This document shows, piece after piece, positions 1 to 8,378 of a stretch of DNA of 64,000 bases. Origin of the DNA: an uncultured Acidobacteriota bacterium (GTDB lineage Bacteria; Acidobacteriota; Thermoanaerobaculia; Multivoradales; SZUA-115); the NCBI GenBank assembly GCA_963805975.1, contig CAWDVR010000003.1, positions 448,001 through 512,000 on the forward strand, given 5' to 3'. Below the pieces are notes generated by a model. The model was not told the origin of the DNA and did no database searches. It saw only the letters and a program-made list of their open reading frames with translations. How positions within the stretch are numbered: the stretch's first letter is position 1; each line of letters starts with the position of its first letter. A program made the translations under genes and the position numbers.

Positions 1-884
1 GGGGCGTAGGCCAGCACCTGGCGCTCGCTGCCGAGCTGGCGGCTGTCGAAGCCCAGGCGGTCCACGTCGGCGAAGATCACGTTGACGTTGCAGTGGTCGA
101 GGATGAGCTTCATCAGCGCCTGGGTGGCGTCCGCGTCGTAGGCCTCCGGGTCGCGGCGGATGTCGAGCGGATGGCTCTTGCCGTCGCGCCGCACGTAGCG
201 CAGGTCGACGTCGAGGCCGTTCTGGTGCGAGCGGTGGGGCCGGAACCGGCCGCCGCCGCGCTGCGAGAGGTCGTTCACGTTGAGCTCCCGGCCGGTGGCC
301 TCCCACTCGCGCCCCACGGTCTCGAGGCAGGCGAGGAGGGCCAGCGAGCCCCAGTCGTCGGCGTCCACCGGATCGCCGCCGCGGTTGTGGACATAGCCCG
401 TGCCGCGGTCCTTCAGGTTGACGCTGCCGTCCAGCCGGCCGGCGTAGTAGGAGCCCCCGGGGCGGCTAGGGTCGGTGTCGCAGCCCGGAAGCTGGAACGG
501 CACGTAGCCGGACTCGGAGTTGTTGCGTTCGATCGTGTCGCTGATGCCGTCGCCGTCCTCGTCCCAGCCGGCGGCGGTGCCGCAGAGGATCGGCGGCGTC
601 ACGACTTCCGTTTCGGTCGCGGCGCCAGCCGTCTCGTTCTCGCTACTAGCACTCCCGGCATCGGTCGGCACGCCGGTGTGGCCTGGCCCTGCGGGTTCGC
701 CCGGCTTTCCGGGGTCTCCCGGCTGTCCAGGGTTGCCCGGCTCTCCAGGGTTAGAGGCACCGGCGTCCGGTGTTTCGGTGGCGGTTACGGCACCACCCGG
801 CGCCGGGCGGTCTTCCTTCGAGCAGGCCAGGCCGAGGGTGGCGGCGAGCACGAGCGAGGTGAGGAGGACGGGGCGCAGGTCCAC
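1..884 (-). CDS. Lipoprotein with penicillin-insensitive murein endopeptidase (MepA/M74-like) domain; runs off the window start
   Basis: Not in the ORF track; translated by hand from GTG 884 (GAGGT upstream): MDLRPVLLTSLVLAATLGLAC lipobox, PGxPGx linker, DEDGDGISD, then VNDLSQRGGGRFRPHRSHQNGLDVDLRY (MepA HxSHQxGxDxD motif). Confidence 0.8.
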   Translation of the reverse strand, partial: MDLRPVLLTSLVLAATLGLACSKEDRPAPGGAVTATETPDAGASNPGEPGNPGQPGDPGKPGEPAGPGHTGVPTDAGSASSENETAGAATETEVVTPPILCGTAAGWDEDGDGISDTIERNNSESGYVPFQLPGCDTDPSRPGGSYYAGRLDGSVNLKDRGTGYVHNRGGDPVDADDWGSLALLACLETVGREWEATGRELNVNDLSQRGGGRFRPHRSHQNGLDVDLRYVRRDGKSHPLDIRRDPEAYDADATQALMKLILDHCNVNVIFADVDRLGFDSRQLGSERQVLAYA

Positions 885-888
885 GGCT

Positions 889-1665
889 CTACCTCACGAT
901 CTCGCTCTGCAAGTAGGCGTAGAAGAACGGCGTCGCCGCGGCGCTGAAGACGTGCCACAGGGCGTGCCCCTGCCAGAAGGAGTCGGGAGTGCAGAAGGCG
1001 CCGTCGGTCTTCGACGGCACCCAGACCGCGAACGCAGTGCCGAAGAGGGCGATGCCGGCGAAGAGACCGATCGGGTCGCGCGAGATGCGGTCCGAATAGC
1101 CGACCGCGATCTCGGAGGCGATCACCGCCGTGATCAGGATCACGAAGGTGAGGATGCCCATGTGCTCCCAGGTGATGAACCAGGTGAGAAGACCAAATGT
1201 GAGCGTGATCCCGAGGTAGAGCAGCACGAAGACGAGGGGCTTGAAGCCGGTGAGCCGCATCAGGTCGTAGCAGAAGAAGAAGGTGAGGAACATGTTCATC
1301 GACAGGTTGTCCACCCAGCCACCCCACTCCTTCTGCGAGGCGTGGAGGAACATGCTGCCCGGCCCCAGCCAGATGACCAGGCAGCCGAAGAGGATCGAGA
1401 ACAGGCTGGAGACCGCCATCGGGTTGGCGGGCGAGCCGGTCTTCTTCTGCAGCGAGACGAAGAACAGGATGCCGAGCCCGGCCAGCACGAACGCCATGTC
1501 CGACCAGGTGTTGACCGGCTGGCGGAACATGCTGTCGCGCCGCACCCGCTCGCAGTACTTGTTGGGCTCGTCGGCAGCCCCCACCCCACCCCAGTCGAGC
1601 AGGCCGCCGATCAAGAGAGCCGTCATCATGACGGCGAAGGCAATCGCACCGATCAGAAGCGCCAT
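889..1665 (-). CDS. Alkaline ceramidase-like (CREST superfamily) multi-pass membrane hydrolase
   Basis: YCE..R....RQPVNTWS, GSMFLHAS, WVDNLSM and GHALWH motifs, with about 7 hydrophobic segments. Confidence 0.8.
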   Translation of the reverse strand: MALLIGAIAFAVMMTALLIGGLLDWGGVGAADEPNKYCERVRRDSMFRQPVNTWSDMAFVLAGLGILFFVSLQKKTGSPANPMAVSSLFSILFGCLVIWLGPGSMFLHASQKEWGGWVDNLSMNMFLTFFFCYDLMRLTGFKPLVFVLLYLGITLTFGLLTWFITWEHMGILTFVILITAVIASEIAVGYSDRISRDPIGLFAGIALFGTAFAVWVPSKTDGAFCTPDSFWQGHALWHVFSAAATPFFYAYLQSEIVR

Positions 1666-1855
1666 GGTCCTCCCCGTAAGACTTCCGGCCCCGGCTGGGA
1701 AGCGGGGCCGCGAGATCGGGAAGGAGAGGCGGATCGGAGGGGTGGAGCGTTACAGGGCGGCGAGGAACCTGTAAGAAAACCTGGCCACCGGAGTTATCGG
1801 ATTGACCTTCCGCGGAGCCACCCAGTCGCATCTCGGGCTCACCGGTCGGTCGCGT

Positions 1856-1880
1856 GAACCCGGCGGCGCTGGTTTCCGTC
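1856..1880 (+). promoter_or_regulatory. Putative ECF-sigma-type promoter upstream of the ADOP permease
   Basis: GAAC-N17-CGTC, followed by RBS GGAGGG and ATG 1906. Confidence 0.35.
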
Positions 1881-1905
1881 TCTCTCGGCGAAGGAGGGCC
1901 CGCTC

Positions 1906-4356
1906 ATGCACGACCTGTTCAAGGAAATCCGCCTGGCCTTGCGCCAGCTCGCCCGCCGGCCGGGGATCAACGGCCTGGCGGTCCTCTCGCTCGCCCTGGG
2001 CATCGGGGTCAACACCACGATCTTCACGCTGGTCAACGCGGTGCTGCTGCGCGGCGTGCCGGCGGCCGAGCCCGACGAGCTGGTGGCGGTCTACATGAGC
2101 GAGGGGGAGAAGTTCCGCTACGCCACCGCCTCGTACCTCGACTACGTCGATCTCCGGGACGGCAACACCGTGTTCTCCGAGCTCTCCGCCTACGACGTGG
2201 CGGTGGCGAGCTACGAGACCGGCGATGCCACCGAGCTGCTCTTCGGCCAGCACGTCACCGGCAACTACTTCCCCATGCTGGGGTTGTCGCTCGCCGCCGG
2301 CCGCGGCTTCGAGGCCGAGGACCGCGAGCCGCCCGGCTCGCAGCCGGTGGTGGTGCTCGGTCACCGCTTCTGGCAGCAGCGCTACCGCGGCGACCCCGGG
2401 GTCGTCGGCCAGACGATCCGCTTGAACGGCAAGCCGCTGACCATCCTCGGCGTGGCGCCGGCGAAGCTCTCCGGCAGCTTCCCCGGCATCGTGGCGGACT
2501 ACTGGCTGCCGATGTCGATGCGCGACGTGATGAACGAGGGCCAGGACCTTGCCGAGCGGGGCAACCGCTCGCTGTGGCTCCAGGGCCGCCTGCGCCCCGG
2601 CTCCACCCTGGCCGCGGCGCAGAGCCAGCTCGGGACGATCGCCGCGCGGCTGGCGGCGGCCTACCCGGACTCGAACCAGAACCGCCAGGTCTTCCTGGTG
2701 CCGAGCCAGGACGTGGCGCTCAACCCGGCGATCGACAAGCCGGTGCTCGGGGTCGCGACGCTGCTGCTGGTGGTGGCGGCGCTGGTGCTCCTGATCGCCT
2801 GCTCGAACATCGCCAACCTGCTCCTCGCCCGCGCCTCCGACCGCGCGCGGGAGATCGCCATCCGCCTCGCCATCGGCTCCGGCCGCTGGCAGCTCGTGCG
2901 CCAGCTCCTGGCGGAGAGCCTGCTGCTGGCGCTGGCGGGAGGCGCGCTCGGGCTGCTCTTCGCGCTATGGGCGGCGCAGCTCCTGGTGAGCTTCAAGCCG
3001 CCGCTTCCGATCCCCATCAATCTCGACCTGTCGCCCGACCTCTCGGTCTTCGGCTACGCGCTGGCCCTCGCCCTCGGCACCGGTCTCGCCTGCGGCCTGA
3101 TCCCGGCGCTCAGGGCCTCACGGCCGCGGCTGGTCTCGGCGCTCAAGGGCGAGAGGGCGACCCTGCCCGGTCGCCTGCGCCGGCTCTCACTGCGCAACGC
3201 GCTCGTGGTCTGGCAGGTGGCGCTCTCGACCGTGCTCTTGATCGGCGCCGGTCTCTTCCTGCGCAGCCTGGGGCAGGCGCAGGCGATCGACCCCGGCTTC
3301 ACCCTGCGCCGGGGCGCGGTGGCGAACGTGGCCCTGGGCCTGGGCGGCGCCTACACGCCGGAGGAGGGCCGCGTGTTCTACCGCGAGGTCACGGAGCGGC
3401 TGGCCGCGCTGCCGGGCGTCACCGGGGTGGCGCTCACCGAGCACCTGCCGCTCTCCGGCAACGTCCACCTCACCGGCATCGAGCTCGAGAGCCGGCCGGT
3501 GGCGGACGAGGACGACGAGCTGCCGGTAGACACCGCCTCGGTGGGCCCGGGCTACTTCCAGACCCTGGGCGTCGCGCTCACCGACGGCCGCGATTTTTCG
3601 CTCGCCGACGGCCCCGGCGCCCCCGGCGTGGTGATCGTCAACCAGGCCGCGGCCGCGAGCTTCTGGCCCGGCGAGGCCGCGGTCGGCAAGCGGCTGCGGC
3701 TGGGCAAGGAAGATCCCTGGCTGACGGTGGCCGGTGTGGTGGCCAACGGCAAGTACCGCACCCTGGGCGAGGCGCCGCGGCCCTTCCTCTACAGCAACCT
3801 GCAGCAGGACTACGGCTCGATGTTCTCGATCGTGGTGGCGGCGCAGAGCGACGAGCGGGCGCTCCTGCCCGTGCTGCGCGAGGAGCTGCGGCAGATGGAC
3901 CCGAGCCTGCCGATCTTCGGCCTCAAGACCATGACCGAGCACCTGAGCTTCATGCTCTTTCCGGCGCGCATGGCCGCGGTGCTGCTCTCGGCCTTCGGCG
4001 TCCTGGGGCTGATCCTGGCCTCGGTGGGCCTCTACGGCGTGGTGGCCTACGCGGTGGCGCGCCGCACCCGCGAGGTGGGGATCCGCATGGCGATCGGCGC
4101 CGGCCCGCGGGACGTGCTGCGGCTGGTGGTGGGCGAGGGCATGGGCCTGGTAGGGGTCGGGCTCGCGGCCGGCATCGCGCTGGCGCTCGCCGGCTCGCGG
4201 GTCCTGGGCAGCCTGCTCTACGGCATCAGCCAGGTCGACCCCGTGACCTTCGTCACCGTGCCGCTCCTGCTCCTCACCGTCGCCCTGGTAGCCAACCTCC
4301 TCCCCGCCCGCCGAGCCACCGCGATCGCGCCGGTGGTGGCCCTGCGGCAGGAGTAG
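1906..4356 (+). CDS. ADOP family duplicated ABC permease (MacB/FtsX-like)
   Basis: LALGIGVNTTIFTLVNAVLL, LLIACSNIANLLLARA..R.REIAIRLAIG, RRTREVGIRMAIGA, ALRQE end; no adjacent ATPase gene. Confidence 0.93.
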   Translation: MHDLFKEIRLALRQLARRPGINGLAVLSLALGIGVNTTIFTLVNAVLLRGVPAAEPDELVAVYMSEGEKFRYATASYLDYVDLRDGNTVFSELSAYDVAVASYETGDATELLFGQHVTGNYFPMLGLSLAAGRGFEAEDREPPGSQPVVVLGHRFWQQRYRGDPGVVGQTIRLNGKPLTILGVAPAKLSGSFPGIVADYWLPMSMRDVMNEGQDLAERGNRSLWLQGRLRPGSTLAAAQSQLGTIAARLAAAYPDSNQNRQVFLVPSQDVALNPAIDKPVLGVATLLLVVAALVLLIACSNIANLLLARASDRAREIAIRLAIGSGRWQLVRQLLAESLLLALAGGALGLLFALWAAQLLVSFKPPLPIPINLDLSPDLSVFGYALALALGTGLACGLIPALRASRPRLVSALKGERATLPGRLRRLSLRNALVVWQVALSTVLLIGAGLFLRSLGQAQAIDPGFTLRRGAVANVALGLGGAYTPEEGRVFYREVTERLAALPGVTGVALTEHLPLSGNVHLTGIELESRPVADEDDELPVDTASVGPGYFQTLGVALTDGRDFSLADGPGAPGVVIVNQAAAASFWPGEAAVGKRLRLGKEDPWLTVAGVVANGKYRTLGEAPRPFLYSNLQQDYGSMFSIVVAAQSDERALLPVLREELRQMDPSLPIFGLKTMTEHLSFMLFPARMAAVLLSAFGVLGLILASVGLYGVVAYAVARRTREVGIRMAIGAGPRDVLRLVVGEGMGLVGVGLAAGIALALAGSRVLGSLLYGISQVDPVTFVTVPLLLLTVALVANLLPARRATAIAPVVALRQE

Positions 4357-4419
4357 GGGGAGGCTTCAGGCTGGGGCCAGTGTCCTCAAGAGCTGGCCGC
4401 TCACTGCTGGCGAAGTCTT

Positions 4420-4540
4420 CAAGCTGGGCGGAGGTGTCGACGACGGCCCGCTCACGCGACTCTCCGAGGTCGATGTCCAGCCGGATCTTGCCCTTGAGCT
4501 TCATCGCCTTCTCGTAGGCCGCGGCCCGCCGTACGACACG
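4420..4540 (-). pseudogene. Relic of a vapBC module (VapB C-terminus fused to VapC N-terminus)
   Basis: Reads VVRRAAAYEKAMKLKGKIRLDIDLGESRER, typical of a VapB C-terminus, directly followed by AVVDTSA, the first strand of a PIN domain. No own start or RBS. Confidence 0.5.
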
Positions 4541-4547
4541 ACGCGGG

Positions 4548-5222
4548 TCAGGCGTCGTCGCTCTCATCTCGCACCCAGATCTTGCCGGCGGCGCGCCAGC
4601 CGAGGGTCAGCGTGTCGCCGTTCTCCATGCGGATCTCGACGGCGTCGGCCGCTTCCTCGCGGGAGAGCACCACGAGGCGGGTGCCGAGCGTCAGGCCGCG
4701 CTTCTCGAGCAGGCGCAGGAACTCGGCGCTCTGGTCGGACACGCGCGCCACCTCGACGGGCACGGCGACGGCGGAGGTGAGGAGGGTGGGGAGGTCCGGC
4801 TCCTCGACCACGCCCTCGGCCGAGGGGATGGGATCGCCGTGGGGATCGACCGAGGGGTGGCCGAGCATCTGGTCCATGCGCTCGAGCAGGCGGTCGGAGA
4901 TGGCGTGCTCCAGCAGCTCGGCCTCGTCGTGGACCTCGCTCCAGTCGAGGCCCATGACCTTGACCAGGAAGAGCTCCACCAGCCGGTGCCGGCGCAGGAC
5001 GTGCGCCGCGAGCTGGCGGCCCGAGGCGGTGAGGGTGACGCCGCCGTAGGGCTCGTAACGCACCAGGCCGCTGTCGGCGAGCGCTTTCACCATCGCGGTA
5101 GCGGTACCGGGCGCCACGCGGAGCGCGCCTGCCACGTAGCCGGTCGAGACCAGCGCACCGGGGCTGCGCTGCTCCTCGAGCAGGATCTGCTTCAGGTAGT
5201 CCTCGACGGTGCTGGTGGCCAC
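4548..5222 (-). CDS. mntR: DtxR/MntR family metal-dependent transcriptional regulator with FeoA domain
   Basis: STVEDYLKQI, RRHRLVELFL, EVHDEAELLEH, DPHGDPIP and a C-terminal FeoA/SH3-like domain. Confidence 0.92.
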   Translation of the reverse strand: MATSTVEDYLKQILLEEQRSPGALVSTGYVAGALRVAPGTATAMVKALADSGLVRYEPYGGVTLTASGRQLAAHVLRRHRLVELFLVKVMGLDWSEVHDEAELLEHAISDRLLERMDQMLGHPSVDPHGDPIPSAEGVVEEPDLPTLLTSAVAVPVEVARVSDQSAEFLRLLEKRGLTLGTRLVVLSREEAADAVEIRMENGDTLTLGWRAAGKIWVRDESDDA

Positions 5223-5250
5223 CCGGCAAGCCTATCCCAGGGCCCGAGGA

Positions 5251-5347
5251 CGAGAGGACCCTGCCTGGAGGCTCTGGTCCGGTGCTCGACGCCCCCTCCG
5301 GGTAACGCTGCGCTCCTCCCATAGCCTCCAGGCAGGGTGTCCCCTCG
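5251..5347. repeat. Long intergenic inverted repeat
   Basis: cgagaggACCCTGCCTGGAGGCT ... AGCCTCCAGGCAGGGTgtcccctcg: 16-bp perfect arms, extendable with a bulge. Confidence 0.7.
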
Positions 5348-5359
5348 CAGGCCGTCGCG

Positions 5360-5388
5360 TTGACAGGGCTGAGAGCGCGAGTGACAAT
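5360..5388 (+). promoter_or_regulatory. Sigma-70 promoter of the 58-aa membrane protein gene
   Basis: TTGACA (5360-5365), 17-bp spacer, GACAAT (5383-5388). Confidence 0.65.
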
Positions 5389-5469
5389 GCTCCGCATCGA
5401 GTCGCAACAATACGGATCTGCCGATCGGGGTGAAGCTCGCCGCGACCGGTCCAACGAGGGAGGAATCGT

Positions 5470-5646
5470 ATGAGCACACAGGGCAAGGCTCCGCGCCAGA
5501 TCACCTGGGTCATCTGTCTGGTTCTCTTCCTCGTCGCGGTGCTGGCGCACTTCGGCGTCATCCAGGTGGATGCCCGGTACGCCGACTGGTCCTGGATCAT
5601 CGGCTACGCCCTGCTGCTCCTCGCCGTCCAGGTCCGCGGCCTGTAG
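5470..5646 (+). CDS. Small (58 aa) two-helix membrane protein
   Basis: Not in the ORF track. GGAGGA RBS, then MSTQGKAPRQITWVICLVLFLVAVLAHFGVIQVDARYADWSWIIGYALLLLAVQVRGL*, with GC3-biased codons. Confidence 0.8.
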   Translation: MSTQGKAPRQITWVICLVLFLVAVLAHFGVIQVDARYADWSWIIGYALLLLAVQVRGL

Positions 5647-5726
5647 CGGGCCGCGGAACCGTTCCAACGCGTAGCTCAGCCGCTCTCGCCGACGGGCTAT
5701 AGTGCCCGGCGGGAGGACGTTCCGGC

Positions 5727-6578
5727 TTGGTGTCCGACGAGGTCGCGGCGGTTTTCGAGCACGAGGTGGAGGAGTCGGTCACGGCCTGGCTCCCGGTGCG
5801 CAACGCCTACTTCGAGCGCGTGCGGCGCTTCGCGCTGGACCGCGTGGACGAAGGGGCGAAGCTCCGCGACTTCCTGCTCGCGCGGGTGCCCGGGGACAGG
5901 CTCCGGGTGCTCGACCTCGGAGCCGGCAACGGGGGCGTGTCCTTCGGCGTGGCGAGCTCGCCGCGGCTCCGCGTGACGGCGCTCGACATCGTGCCCAACT
6001 CGGTGCTGCGGCGCGTCTGCGCCCGGACGGCGACCGGCGTCACCCAGGTGGTGGGCCGGGGAGAAGCGCTGCCGTTTCCCGAGCAGAGCTTCGAGGTGGT
6101 GCTCTGCCTCGACAGCTTCGAGCACTTCGACCGGCCGGCGGCGATCGGCCGCGAGATCCTGCGGGTGCTGGCGCCGGGGGGCGTCTGCCTGCTCAAGACC
6201 CCGGCCCGCTTCAAGTACCTCTTCCGGCCCGACCCGCACTGCGGCCTGACCGGCCTGCTGCTGCTGCCGGACACCGTGCAGAGGTTCCTGGTCAACCGGC
6301 TGCTGCGCTGGCCCGTGCCCTACGACGTGGCCCACACCTACTGGCACGTGGGGGAGATCCTGGCGCATTTCCCGGGCCACGGGCCGGTGGAGCTGCTGTG
6401 GGACCGGGTCTTTCCCGGCACCGGCTGGCTCGCCGACCGGCTGTGGTACCGGCACCGCCTGTTCTACTGGGACGGGCTGCTGATCGCCAAGCGTGGGAGC
6501 GGCGAGGCGGCGGGGCGCGATCCCTGGAGGTCGCTGCCGTTTCCGCTGGCGCAGATGGCGGCCTGGGACGCCGGCTAG
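5727..6578 (+). CDS. Class I SAM-dependent methyltransferase
   Basis: RVLDLGAGNG, ALPFPEQSFEVV, EILRVLAPGG. Confidence 0.88.
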   Translation: MVSDEVAAVFEHEVEESVTAWLPVRNAYFERVRRFALDRVDEGAKLRDFLLARVPGDRLRVLDLGAGNGGVSFGVASSPRLRVTALDIVPNSVLRRVCARTATGVTQVVGRGEALPFPEQSFEVVLCLDSFEHFDRPAAIGREILRVLAPGGVCLLKTPARFKYLFRPDPHCGLTGLLLLPDTVQRFLVNRLLRWPVPYDVAHTYWHVGEILAHFPGHGPVELLWDRVFPGTGWLADRLWYRHRLFYWDGLLIAKRGSGEAAGRDPWRSLPFPLAQMAAWDAG

Positions 6579-6603
6579 GCCGCGCCGCTCCCATTCTCCT
6601 AGC

Positions 6604-7314
6604 TCACGCTTCGGCCCCGTCCTTCTCGGGCGGCGCTTCCGGGGGCGCTGCCTCGGGAGGCGCTGCCGCTGCCGGCGCCGGTGGAGGCGCCTCTCGCGGT
6701 GGCGCGGAGGAGGCCTCCCGCGGCGCCGCTTCCCGGTGCACCGGAGCGTCCTTGTGCGCGGCCATGCCGTGCGGGGCCAGGATCATCACCATCTGCCGGC
6801 CTTCCATGCGCGAGCGGTGCTCGACGACGCCGATGTCCGCGAGCTGCGTGGTGACCTTGTCCAGGATGTCGTTGCCCAGCTCCGGGCGGCGGAGCTGGCG
6901 GAAGCGGAAGAAGACCGTGACCTTGACCTTGTTGCCCTTGCCGAGGAAACGGCGGGCCTGGTCGGTCTTGATGCCGAAGTCGTGGCCGTCGATGGTCGGA
7001 CGGTACTTGATCTCCTTGACCTCGATCACCGCCGCCTTCTTCTTCGACTCGCGTTCCTTCTTCTGCTTCTCGTAGCGCACCTTGCCCCAGTCCAGGATGC
7101 GCACCACCGGCGGATCGGCGGTGGCGCCGACCTCGACCAGGTCGAGGCCGCGCTCCTCGGCGAGGCGGCGGGCCTCCTCGAGCGGAACGATGCCGAGCTG
7201 GCCGCCGTCGTTGTCGATCAGGCGGACCGGGCTCTTGCGGATGCGCTCGTTGACGCGGGGTTCGTTGGGATCGCGAACGGGACCTCTGTCGAAGCGTGAC
7301 ATGACCTTACGAAT
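6604..7314 (-). CDS. infC: Translation initiation factor IF-3 with Pro/Ala/Glu-rich C-terminal tail; probable ATT start
   Basis: RVNERIR..VRLID, GLDLVEV, PPVVRILDWGK, VKEIKYRP, GNKVKVT. In-frame ATT at 7314 lies 8 nt after AGGAGG, four codons before the ATG at 7302. Confidence 0.95.
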   Translation of the reverse strand: MRKVMSRFDRGPVRDPNEPRVNERIRKSPVRLIDNDGGQLGIVPLEEARRLAEERGLDLVEVGATADPPVVRILDWGKVRYEKQKKERESKKKAAVIEVKEIKYRPTIDGHDFGIKTDQARRFLGKGNKVKVTVFFRFRQLRRPELGNDILDKVTTQLADIGVVEHRSRMEGRQMVMILAPHGMAAHKDAPVHREAAPREASSAPPREAPPPAPAAAAPPEAAPPEAPPEKDGAEA

Positions 7315-7354
7315 GTGGATCTCCTCCTAGAGCTCGCCCTGGGCGAGGCCGTGG

Positions 7355-7387
7355 AAAAAAGGCGGGCGAGCCGCGAAGCCAGCCGCC
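7355..7387 (-). terminator. Rho-independent terminator-like hairpin between the hydrolase gene and infC
   Basis: Minus strand GGCGGCTGGCTTCGCGGCTCGCCCGCC followed by TTTTTT. Confidence 0.55.
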
Positions 7388-7423
7388 GGGTTCATACGTG
7401 GGAACAGTGCATGCGGGGGTAGA

Positions 7424-8140
7424 TCAAAAGCTCTCTCCGGGCTGGAGCGCCACCACCTCGCAGGCCACACCGAGGTCGGCCAGGGCCGCCACCAGGTCGG
7501 CGGGCTTGCCAGTGAGCGCATCGAAGGTGCCCCAGTGGATGGGGATGACCCGGCGCACCCCGAGGAAGCGGCAGGCGCGGGCCGCCTGCTGCGGGTCCAT
7601 GGTGAAGAGATCGCCGATCGGCAGGAAGGCGAGCTCGGGGCGCCACAGCTCGCCGATCAACTGCAAGTCGGAGAAGAGGGCGGTGTCGCCCGCGTGGTAG
7701 AAGGTGTAGCCGCCCGGCAGGCGCACCACGAAGCCGCTCGCGATGCCGCCTTCGAGCAGCTTCCCCCCGTCCTCGATCGACGAGGAGTGATCGGCCCGCA
7801 CCATGGTGACCTCGAGATCGAGCACCTTCTGCATGCCGCCGAGGTTCATGGCGGAGCAGCCCTCGACACCCTGGGCTGCGAGCCACTGGCAGATCTCGTA
7901 GTTGGCGACCACCCGGCGCGGCCGGTAGCGGCGGGCGATCGCGACCGCGTCCGCCATGTGGTCCGAATGGCCGTGGGTGATGAGCAGGGCGTCGACGCGC
8001 CCGAGATCCTGAGCGGCCGGCGGGCAGGCCGGATTGCCTGTCACCCAGGGGTCGATCAGCACCACCTCGCCGGCCGGCAGCTCGCAGCGCACCGTGGCGT
8101 GCCCCAACCAGGTGAAGGTAGGGCGCGGGTGGCTGCTCAT
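7424..8140 (-). CDS. Metal-dependent hydrolase, metallo-beta-lactamase fold (UPF0173-like)
   Basis: TWLGHA, LIDPW, THGHSDH, YHAGDT, PIHWGTF. Confidence 0.92.
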   Translation of the reverse strand: MSSHPRPTFTWLGHATVRCELPAGEVVLIDPWVTGNPACPPAAQDLGRVDALLITHGHSDHMADAVAIARRYRPRRVVANYEICQWLAAQGVEGCSAMNLGGMQKVLDLEVTMVRADHSSSIEDGGKLLEGGIASGFVVRLPGGYTFYHAGDTALFSDLQLIGELWRPELAFLPIGDLFTMDPQQAARACRFLGVRRVIPIHWGTFDALTGKPADLVAALADLGVACEVVALQPGESF

Positions 8141-8288
8141 CGGGGGCGGGTCGCCGGGGCGATCAAACGGTCTCTCTCCTCAAACAAAAGTCTCCAAGCT
8201 CGCTCGATTGGGGACAAACGGCCGGTATTGTACTCGATTGAGATCGGAGGTGGGTTGCCACCGCGACGGCGACAGTTCGGCGCAGGAG

Positions 8289-8378
8289 TGGATTCCCGCT
8301 TCCGCGGGAATGACAGCCGTAAGCCGGAACTCACCTCGCCAAAGTTGTGTCCGTCATTCCCGCGGAAGCGGGAATCCA
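8289..8378. repeat. REP doublet (REPIN) of the GTCATTCCCGC..GCGGGAATCCA family
   Basis: Perfect 26-bp inverted pair at 8289-8314 and 8353-8378, each copy internally palindromic. Confidence 0.85.
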
